DNA of 59,975 bases, counting the filler, from Sphacelaria rigidula (Eukaryota), in NCBI GenBank assembly GCA_964200075.2. It is 6 parts of 6 records of this genome, joined end to end, with 100 filler letters (N's around TTAATTAATTAA, not from the genome) between each part and the next. Parts side by side here need not be neighbours in the genome. Positions count along the whole stretch, not along the records: positions 50,065 to 59,975 come from CAXNAA020007504.1; 5 more parts are not named here. One strand, 5' to 3'. The position numbers were made by a program, and so were the translations under genes. Shown in pieces: positions 49,965-59,975 of this stretch. Within the stretch, counting starts at the first letter, position 1. Every line of letters starts with the position of its first letter. The notes under the pieces are model-generated. The model saw nothing but the letters and a program-made list of their open reading frames with translations. It ran no database searches and was not told the DNA's origin.

Positions 49965-50064
49965 NNNNNNNNNNNNNNNNNNNNNNNNNNNNNNNNNNNN
50001 NNNNNNNNTTAATTAATTAANNNNNNNNNNNNNNNNNNNNNNNNNNNNNNNNNNNNNNNNNNNN
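49965..50064. other. Artificial contig linker
   Basis: 100-bp N/TTAATTAATTAA/N. Confidence 0.98.
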
Positions 50065-51720
50065 GGCTCGGGTCGGAAGCGGGCGAGCTGCTGCTGCTAG
50101 TGACATATTGGTCCATCGATTTTGTGGTCTCCCTCTAGTGTGTGTGTGCCCTGTTCTCAACCTCTCTCCTCTCCTGCCGCTCCTGCGGCGCAGTTTCGGT
50201 GGGTTTCGATGTGGTTTAGGAGGCATAATATAGGACGTACGTAAGGTGGTTATGTACTGGCTGTACTGGAAGCCTCTGACGCAGTACAGGTAAACTGCCA
50301 GTAGATACTGGTCTAGTCCCCAACCCTAAAAAACAGGTTTCCCAGTTGGTATCTTGTGGTGATGGATATTGTACTTATCCAGCCATCGTCCGCGTCTATG
50401 GAGCGAGGGTTTTCGATTTTGAGAGGGTGCTTGAACTCCCGGCAGGAGAAGGCGTTAGGTGACCGGATCGAATCCGCAGTTATGATGAAGTACAATCGGT
50501 ACCGGTAGTTCGACAAGGTTTTTAATATCGACCAACGGTAGACAATGCGTGGTGTGTGGTGGTAGCTTGTAGCTCGTAGCTTGTAGCTTGCCGAGCGAGA
50601 GGCCAAAGGCTGCAATGCCCTGTGTCTAGAGGCTACAATGCAGTACTGCTGTATCAAGTATTATAAGTGTAGTGGCGTTTGTTGTTTCCGTACGTGGGTT
50701 AGGGTGTAGGTATGCAGGTTGTGGCCTCCAAACTCAATAACTAAAGAAAAGCTTCATTTTTGAATTATAAATAATCGACAAAACTTCGAATGCCCAGCTT
50801 GTCGTCTCGTCCTAATGCTAGAAGGCGCGCCTCGTGAGGGGATACTGCCACAACGCCACAACAAGGACGGGAATAAGGCGCATAAAGCGCACCTAATTTG
50901 CGCTAAAAAGGGTTAAAATGGGGCTTAAAAACAAAAAAAATATATACAAAAAATTGGAGCTTAATTAAAAAAAAAACGCACGTACGGAACTAAAGCCGAT
51001 TATAGTTCATGTGTGCAAAATTCCAGGGTCAAGCTCCAAAACCGGTACCAAACCTACCGTTTTCTTGTGCGTTCAAGCATGCATCGACTGTTTGGATCAG
51101 TTTTCCGAGTTACGCAAAAAAAACCTGTACAAACGTTCCTTGGACTACATTGGGACGAGAAAAATTGCATTTTCATTCTGGGGCATTCTGTACCGGCCTG
51201 TGAGGGTCTTCACACCGGGACCCCCGGAAGCCGGTGGAGAGCGGATAAACTTTGAAGTACTCTTCAACGCTATATTTTATTTTTCATTTGGAGCACCCAT
51301 ATCTACCGAACTACTAAAATTGAGACTGATATGAGCTCTCCTGCGATAGGAATAAGGAAAGCCGTCACGAGGTTTTCTGGGTCTTTGATGCATATTATCG
51401 GTGGAAATCCAATGACGCCGAAACCCCATATCACCGAAATACCACGGCTTGGGTTTTATAACTCGATCCCATACAAAGCGGTTTTAACTGTGTTTTTTGC
51501 GTTAGAACACCCAGCACATGGCGGTTACTAAGGTATGATTCATGATGAAATTGGGTAGAAATTATGTCGGGAACTCGCATTCAATGCCAGAAAAAAATGA
51601 AGGCCTCGTTATCGACCGAGAAGCGTTTTCACTACTAGCGCCACAGCAGCGGCCGGAATAAATATTTGGCTATGTCACGCTATTGGCTTGCTTGTGGGGT
51701 TCATTACGGTACCAGCTATA

Positions 51721-53767
51721 TTGGGCAATATACAAAGAAGGGTACACCCTGGTGCTTTTGGAACAAAAAAGGGTATCGCATTTTTCGCTTCGGAGTGCGG
51801 CGCTGCACGCAGGCCAAACACCTCGAAAACACGTTCCACCGCCTTAGCCCCACGCCCAAGGTGTCTGGGCAGCATACCTGTCCATTCTTCTTCATTTTCA
51901 CAAGTGTCACTGGGCTAAACTACGGCGCCGAAAATGAGAGCCTGTGAGATTACCCTTTTTTGTAAGCAAATCAGGAGGGTACACCCTGCTCTCTGCTCAA
52001 AAGTTATATTTTACCCATTTTTGTTCTGCTGTTGACCCTTTTCTGTAACGTGGTGACAGTACCGCCGTCTCAGCACAAGATACGCCGAGCAGTCACAACA
52101 ATAGCCATTTTCTGTAAAATTACATCACGAAAAAAGCCCGAAACCCCACGACCAGATGAGCGTAGCACCCCTGCTGGTTGGCCCGAAGACCAGGAAGATC
52201 CAACGATTCATACAGGTCGCTTGTATGTCGGAGCTCATAAAGATCCAACGAACATGGGTGAACATCTTGCCGACAGACCCGCCCGAACGGCATCATGCGG
52301 CGACAACGTCAGACCGTTGCCGGGTCTTCAATTTGCTGCTCGGAAACGGAGATGGACACCGACCGGATTTTGGACTGGAGGAAGAACGCCTGAATCGAAC
52401 GGCGTAGACTGTACAATCGGGTTTATTCCTCTGATCGTTGCCGTTGAACCCATGTCCCTTCCAAACCAGCGCTCGCGACCGACTGACCACAACCCAAGCA
52501 ACACGTACAGAAAACTGAGTGATTATCCACAGTAGCGAAGGTTAACACGCTACACCGCCGCGGAAAAATGACAAGGCCCCTCACAAATGGTGTTATGCTG
52601 CAAGCCGGCGCCGATCATTCACCAAACAGCAAATTGTTCACCTTGACCCACCCCCACAGAAAAGGAGATTCACGGGCTCTGCGTGATGATACATTATGGA
52701 AGGGTCATAGACATGGAACAGAATGAAGTCGGGTGGGGAAAGAAGTGATGGCGCGCTGTGCCGCGTCGTGTACACAGTCCAACGTCGACTATACTGTGGT
52801 TCTTGTATTTCGTATTTTCGAACCCGGTTCACGCTGTGCGCATTCTAGATGCAGTTATGCAGGACCAAGTCTAGTGAATGTACCGTAGGCACAAGTTTGA
52901 CTTTTACAACACGGACGCCCCTCACATGGGGTCAGATGAACGATGCCACATCTGGGTTTCAGAACAGTCGTTTCATCACAGCACAAAATGCGTTTTTTTC
53001 AAGAGCATTTGGATATATTACGCGGTGCGCCTGTCTCACATGCAGCTTTGAGTATTCCGAGTGGTGGTCTCGTGGGTGCAACGACAGCGATCAGAGGAAG
53101 AAACCCGACTGTACAGTCTACGCCGTTCGATTCAGGTGTTCTTCCTCCAATCTGGGATCCGTTCGGTGTCCATGTTTGTGTCCAAGCCGCAAATTGAAGA
53201 TCCGGCAACGGTCTGACGTTGTCGCCGCATGATGCCGTTCGGGCTGGTGTGTCGGCAAGATGTTCACCCATGTTCATGGGATCTTTAAGAGCTCCGACAT
53301 ACAAGCGACCTGTATGAATCGTTGGATCTTCCTGGTCTTCGGGCCAACCAGCAGGAGTGCTACACTGTTCTGGTCGCTGGGTTTCGGCCTTTTTTCGTGG
53401 GGTGTAATTTTACCGAAAATGGCTATGGTTGTGACTGCTCGGCGTATCTTGTGCTCAGACGGCGGTACGATCACCACGTCACAGAAAAGGGTCACATCTT
53501 CATAACAAAAGGATCAACAGTAGAACAAAAAAGGGTAATCTCACAGGCTCTCATTTCCGGCGCCGTAGTACAGCCCAGTGATACATGTGAAAATGAAGAA
53601 AAATGGACAGGTATGCTGCCCAGACACCTTGGGCATGGGGCTGAGGCGGTGGAACGTGTTTTCGAGGTGTTTGGCCTGCGTACAGCGCCGCGCCCCTAGG
53701 CGAAAAATGGGTTACCCTTTTTTGTTGCAAAAGCACCAGGGTGTACCCTTTTTTGTATATTGCCCAA
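51721..53767. mobile_element. 2-kb non-autonomous element with about 700-bp TIRs, TA-flanked (Tc1/mariner-like ends)
   Basis: 51721-52447 is the inverted copy of 53080-53767. Ends are TA|TTGGGCAATATACAAA ... TTTGTATATTGCCCAA|TA. Confidence 0.85.
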
Positions 53768-54149
53768 TAATAATGGGTTTAATCATTAAATCCTTTCAGC
53801 GCTCAGTTGCGTAGATAACCTTTTGTTGGCCTGGCTAGTTTTGGGACATCGGAACAGTTGTTCTGATGATGAACACAACGCCTACACTGCATAAAAACAG
53901 GACGATCTGAGTCTGCCGGGTCATCGCCCCGTGCATATCGGTGTCATACTCCATATAGCTAGTATAGCACAGGTGTTGCGAGTGCGGTCAATGTGGTAAC
54001 AGACCTTTTGGCAGGTAAAGCGGCGAATGCCATGTCGTCGTCTGATGCAAAGGTTCTTCAAAACTCTAACCCGTCCGCTAGACTATGGACGCAGATTTTA
54101 TACTTCATACACTCCAGAACAAACCTTGCACACGCCGAACAGATCAGCT

Positions 54150-55616
54150 CCCTGTAGCTCGAGCTAGCTCGTTTTTAGTGTGGCTCCCTAGAGAGCTATG
54201 AGAGCTACATGAGCTACGTATGTTTGTCTTTGGCAAGCCCCCAAGCCGTGGCTCATCAGCTCATATTCGCCGTGGGTGAGCTATCAGAGCCACATGTGCT
54301 ACGCATGTTTGCCCTCGATGAGCTGTGAGAGCTAAGTGAGCTACGAATGTTTTCCGTGGTTAAGCTAAATAGCTATGGGAGCTACGCTAATTTTAGGGTT
54401 GTTTCTGTTCCGATGCTCAAGCACGTTGATACGTGAAACGGTTACATGTGAACACACCTGTGTTCCGTGTTGTGCAGCGATGGATTTGCTCTTTGTAAAC
54501 ATCAATATGGCCGCATCAGAAGCCATCCGCGCCGTAGCCACCACACCCACACACAACCCGCCATACACGGCGACCGCCGGGGGGAGCAGCTTTAGCGGCG
54601 CTTCAGTCGGAAGTGATGCTCTTTGGCCGCGAGGGTAGTACGTTGAAGCGGCATCATTCACATCCGAAATATAATACTTCAAATATGCTGATTTAACGGA
54701 TCGCCTACCCTCGCGCGGTCAAAGGGTTAACCCTTTGACGGTAAGCATAGGAAATCTGTCGAATCAGCTTCAACTTCGCTTGAAAAAAGTATACATGATC
54801 AGATGGAGTCGTACCCTCACGGCCAAGCGGTCAAAATAAATTAATTGGTCGATTATCAAATATACAGAATATTTAATTCACATTCTTTTGAACCATTCGA
54901 CCAAGCGAACGAGGATTTGTGTTGTGTTCATTTCTTCCCAACCGCGAAGAGGGAGACAGAACACCACAACCGATGATATTCTACGCCATCCGTTCGGACA
55001 AGAATGTAACATCATGAGCGACACCAGGTCTGCCGGCGGCGAGCTAGGCACATGGCGTGAGTGGGGTACGAGCATGTGTTCCTGGAGTGAGCTGCCGGGC
55101 GTAGCTCATCCGCTCATGTTTTTCCCGGGTGAGCTATCGAGTGTAGCTCAGCTGCATATGTTTTCCCTGGGTGAGCTAGAAGAGCTAGGTGAGCCACGCA
55201 TGTTTGCCTTGGGTGAGCTACCGGACGTAGTTCATCCGCGCATGTTTTCTCTGGGGGAGCAGCAAGAGCTAGGTGAGCTGCGCATTTTTTGCCTTGGGTG
55301 AGCTGCCAACCCGTAGCTCATCAGCTCATCTTCGTTCTTGGGCGAGCAATGAGAGCAACATGAAGTACGTACGTTTGTTCCAGGTAAGCTACCAAGCCGT
55401 AGCTCATTAGCTCATGTCCTCCCTGAGTGAGCTATGGGAGTTGCATGAGCTACACATGTTTGTTCCAGGTGAGCTAGCTACCAACCCGTATGTCATCAGC
55501 GCATGTTTACTTTGGGTGAACCATCGGACGTAGCTCACGTGTACATGTTCAACCACAAGTGAGCTACAGCCCGCAGATGAGCTAGCTCATGAGTTGTGTG
55601 AGGCGTGAAACCTTGC
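54150..55616. mobile_element. GAGCTA/TAGCTC-subrepeat element (hAT-like end ...AAACCTTG), interrupted by a nested insert at about 54390-55030
   Basis: Dozens of GAGCT motifs in 54150-54385 and 55035-55590. Confidence 0.6.
54718..54844. mobile_element. Two piggyBac-type ends abutting at one TTAA, the right element being a diverged mini-piggyBac copy
   Basis: Palindrome GTCAAAGGG-TTAA-CCCTTTGAC. Internal AAAAAGTAT.CATGATC is shared with 15894-15991. Confidence 0.7.
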
Positions 55617-57094
55617 ATGGATGTCTGATTGCACCCGGGGGCCGTACAGTACAACGGCCACTAACGCGTAGAATTACTTCACATATGCGCGGAACTGTTA
55701 GGCCGTTTTCTCCGAGCAGAAAACCTTGAGCCCTCTACGGAGCCAAGTCATGCCCAACAGCTCGTTGAATTGCTCGTTGCTGGACTTCGAGAGGTGCTAG
55801 TCGCATTCTGTTCTCTGAAAAAAAATTCTTACTGACCAAAGAACCAATCAATCAATCGATCAGTCAAAGAGAGTGCTCGTTCAAAAATAGCTCGCCGCGT
55901 ACACCCTGTTGCTCGAACACCCCCAGTATTTCAGTGATTTACGGCACAGAGCGCGACAGATGTTAAGAATTGGGCAGTTGAGAATCTCAGGCTCGTTTAT
56001 TGAGAAAATTAAGAAATTACGGGTAAGCGTTTGTGTTTAACTCAAGGGGGGAAATCAGGATTAGGAGTCGGGAAGTGCAAGGGGGTCGGCAGGAAAGAAT
56101 CTGCAAGAATGCACTGAATCTTACAATGATAAGAAAGTGCCTCTACAAGTACCATGGCTACATCAGGCCCCCAAGCAAGCTGCCTCCTCCCTTAAACTGG
56201 CAAACAACATTGATCTCCACTGGGCCACCCCATGGATAATGACAATCTGTACGAAACTCGTACAGTACTGAATTGTATTTTGTTCCGATTTTGTCTTCCG
56301 GTACAAAACTGGTTTACGTACTGCTTACCGCTGGCGCAGGGTACAGTGCTGTACCTGCAGTCCCTCTTGGCAGAGGGTTTTACTAGAGCCTACACACAAA
56401 CAGCGGAGGGGGGGTGCGGTCGGCATGGGGCGGGCAGAACAGCAAACGCGGAGATCCCGAAACAGACCGGGAAAACCCGGCAGTCTGTCGCAGGGTGAGG
56501 GTATTAATGCCCAACGTGCGTAATATAGACCATGTCGATTGAGTGGCTGTTCTGGCTACAGTAGTACAGTGCTACAGCAGTTTTGTAGTCGTAGGAGGTG
56601 GGCAACATGAACTTAGAACTTTCTTCCCTGCAGTCCTGGAGAGCTTCGTCACATCATGAAAATCTACTGAAATACAGTATTATTGATATATGCAATGAGC
56701 CAAAGATGATTCTTGACAATCGCTCAGGGAAAAAAATGCTGTATTCGATGCCTGCGCAAACTAAGAATGTCAAAATTAAGCATTTGGCGTTTTGCACCTC
56801 TTCGAACGATAAGAATTTGGGTTAAAGCATTTCTGCTGGAATCGGAGAGAAAATAAGACCCGAGCCTCGCCCAAAATAAGAGTTTTTCAGCATCTGTCGC
56901 GCTCTGTATAGCGACTCCATACGTGCGCGGTCAAGTAAACACGGCGAATCAACTTCGCCACTTCTACGAACTGCAGTTCAGTTGTCAGTCAAAGACAGTA
57001 ATACAGGGGGGCGAACTGCCCATCGATCGCACCGCAAGGCGCTTGCAACTGGCGGTACAGGCGTTAGCAACCATGCAAAAGAAGTACGGCGCAA

Positions 57095-57473
57095 TCACCC
57101 AACAGCTGTCCCACCTGTTGCTTTACGATTCCGGGCTGCTGCAGGCTGTGATCCTCCGCCTAAAAAACCTTTTTTTAACCCTCCAGCGAAATTCTTTTTT
57201 GCCCTATCTCTACGCTGTTTTTTTTCCTCCTTAATCTTCCCCTCCCTTGCGGCCATAGCTTCCATCATCATCTGCTCCATTAAGCTAGGTCCCTGCTCTC
57301 TGTGATAAGGCTGCTGCGACACGAAACCTCGTTGCTGGATGAAAGGAGCGGGTTTTACAATAGATCCCGCAATACTACCTTCGGATCCACCCTGAGTCGC
57401 ATCATTCAACGCCAATACCTGGCGGCGATCACCACCTGAGGTGGCCGACGTTCCCCTTCTTTTGCTGATTTCT

Positions 57474-57504
<31 letters not shown>

Positions 57505-57700
57505 CCAAGTTGAGCATGGTTAGCTTATCCACGAGGCCTTGGGTCAACGACGCTCCATCGTTGCTGCAGTCTGATGTGGTCATGTCGAGCTTTTCTCGCT
57601 TGATACTTTTTTTGTCGGTGGTGATGGCAGGTTGCTCTCTGCTGCCGTGTTCGGGAGCATTTTCTGTTCGTGGCCATGCACCTTCTTCTCGTGTCGTCAT
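57095..57700 (-). CDS. Probable first exon of an unknown protein
   Basis: 201-codon ATG-initiated ORF with poly-Ser, a charged helix SLMEQMMMEA...KKQRR and FAGGLKKGFL. Downstream exons not resolved. Confidence 0.6.
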
Positions 57701-58245
57701 TTACACTTGGCGTCTGCGTATACACAACGTCCGCTATCGGGCGACGACTGCAGAGGTATTGTGGATTCGTTCATCAAATGCGGCGCAACTCGATGCCACG
57801 GACGTACGTGAACATATTACTATTCTAAAAAATGCCTGCGGTACGCATTCGTTCATTGATATCCTGCGCGAACCAGATCCTGATGGATATTTCACGCTGT
57901 TGTGAGAATTTCCCACGACAGTCTCGTAGCCCCCACCGAGGGCAGGTCAGCGTTACGCGAGATAAAACGACCCACACGGGCTAATCCAAGTAAGCATCCT
58001 TTCATGTAGACAGGGGTTACCGAGCCTTATTTGTGGTGTAAAGTGAACATTGCACATTAATCACGTTGACGTGCCTGGGTGCTTCTCACGCGCAGGGCGG
58101 TTTGCATCCACCGTCCATTGCCGAATCGATGACCCATCCCCTGACCATCCTACATTATTTTCCACCAAAATGCGGTAAGCACCCACGTTCACGCGCTCCT
58201 TCACTGCGCGCCGTGCGCAGTTCTGCCGCTGACAATCGTTTCTAG

Positions 58246-59872
58246 TTGTGAAGGGCACAGGCAAGACCGCAATGTCAGTAGCCAATGATGCTCTGTCAGT
58301 TGCTGCGTTTGGCGTGGAGGAGGACAGTAGTGACGATAGCAACAACATCGTAGCACATGATCCTCCGACGACTGCTATGGTTGACACGGAGGAGCTCAAT
58401 GACATCTCCGCAGACCAACGCGCCGATAGTTTCGAGAACGACATAGCGGTAGTGCGACTGACAGCATCATGTTTGAGAGAGGCGATAGAAGTACCTCGAG
58501 GCCATGATGATCAAGGCTCTTCCAGGAGGGCGACGCCCGATATGACAATACCATCAAATGATCGTAGCAGTAGGGCACCTTTGATGGTGGGTTCGGCCTC
58601 AAGAGCCCCGTCGGATGCAGGTGGAGAGGGTGTTCTACGTCACAACGAGAGTGCTGGATTTTCACATGACGCCTGGCAGCTAGAGGAGCCCCCGTCCGAG
58701 GTTATAGTGTCGGGAGAAACAACGGAGATGGGAAAATCTCCACACTCAGCTTCATTGGACACAGTCACGCCATTAGACTGCATCGGGACCCGTGCGTCTT
58801 TACCACTGCCCGCCCTTGACGTGATGAAATCAACATGCTCTGGTAGCGCCACCACATCACCACCGGCCGAAACAAGTAGTACAGCATTAAAGCACAAGGA
58901 CGTAGAGCCTATGGCGGAGGCCGAATCGAAAGTAGAGGCCAACCACGTAGGTATCCAGCATATTCCGTCGAGCAGCCTCATTTTGTGCAGACGGGATAAT
59001 GGGAACAGACGACGAGCATCTGCCTCTGACTGGGACACAGATACCTGCAGCAGCAGCGCTCCCACCGAACGTTTGGAGCTCCAAGAATCTGGTAGCAGCA
59101 ATGCAACCGGCGGGAACAGCCAGCAGATGGACGCAACGCAGTCGGAACAAAACACGGGCGGCGCTGGTCGGATGGCTGAAATTGCTGCGGTTACGATACC
59201 AGGCCGGAGGTCCGTGATCTCGTCGAAGTTCTTCAAGCTCTTCTCGGCAGCACAGTCGGTAGGCTTTGCGTTCAGGCGCTGGGATAATCCACAATCGTTG
59301 AGTAGCGTTTCAGCAAAAGCCAATGCGTGGTGTGAATTCTTGTCTTTGAAAATCATTCTCAGGGAACTATGAACCAGAATAGCCATTTTGTTAAAGCTAT
59401 TGCGAATCACGACAGTTGCGTGCTGCGCGACATTTTCTAGAGAATACATAACCAAGCGACAGCACCCATCTCATGTGGCCTATTTTCTTTGCTGCTGCGC
59501 ATGCGACGGATTTCGCCTCTTCCGCCCCATCCTAGGCCAACGATACATTTCCAGTACTAGCTGCTGTTCACAAGCGAATGAACGGACAGGGTTGGCAAAG
59601 GCGTGGTGGATGGGGATCTTATTTGGTCCGCAAATCACAGGCAGAACTCGATGATGGACGGGTGTACGGAGTCAAATCTACCGATGGAATCGTCGAGATT
59701 TTGACGCTGTCATCCAACGGTGTTTGCGGGCATATCCCCCCGATCATTGCCAAACTCGGCTCTCTCAAATGTATAAACTTATCACAAAACCATATATCGG
59801 GACCCATCCCCTCAGAGCTAGGGTCACTGTTGCAGCTTCGGACGGTTCAGCTGCAGGGGAACAACCTTCGAG
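58246..59872 (+). CDS. Leucine-rich-repeat protein, partial (long Ser/Thr/acidic exon plus LRR N-cap exon)
   Basis: Exon at about 58246-59258 (donor TCG|GTAGGC, tentative). Exon 59536-59872 reads VLAAVHKRMNGQGWQRRGGW...LSSNGVCGHIPPIIAKLGSLKCINLSQNHISGPIPSELGSL...LQGNNLRG|gtgag, with 24-aa GxIP-type LRRs. Confidence 0.85.
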
Positions 59873-59975
59873 GTGAGTTAGCAACGCACGGTGTCGAGTA
59901 TGCTTGACACTTTCTACGATAGCCCCCCCCAAAACCAGCTAAAGGTGTCCCGAAAAAAATGACCATACAGCGCCT

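Noticed and set aside
58640-59455. 271-aa minus-strand ORF
   Set aside because: Antisense shadow of the long plus-strand exon

Overview
Eukaryotic, repeat-rich, intron-containing DNA, most likely from a brown alga or another stramenopile. This is inferred from gene structure and an Ectocarpus-style LRR exon, not from a search. The window is not one locus: it is six size-sorted contigs (9913, 9913, 9913, 9913, 9912 and 9911 bp) joined by 100-bp N/TTAATTAATTAA/N linkers. Host genes read by hand are a complete 7-exon ETF beta-subunit gene with one GC-AG intron, two exons of a GT10 alpha-1,3-fucosyltransferase, part of an LRR gene and two unknown coding exons. Most of the rest is transposon-derived: a Gypsy remnant interrupted by a young-looking Copia element lacking RT/RNase H, a tRNA-derived SINE, and piggyBac-, hAT-, Mutator- and mariner-like non-autonomous elements. 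The most notable items are a decayed AcademX-like XPG-nuclease/Cys-finger ORF, a multi-intron Sola-like transposase pseudogene, and a set of AACA...TGTT elements with 4-bp target duplications that share one terminal motif across very different sizes.
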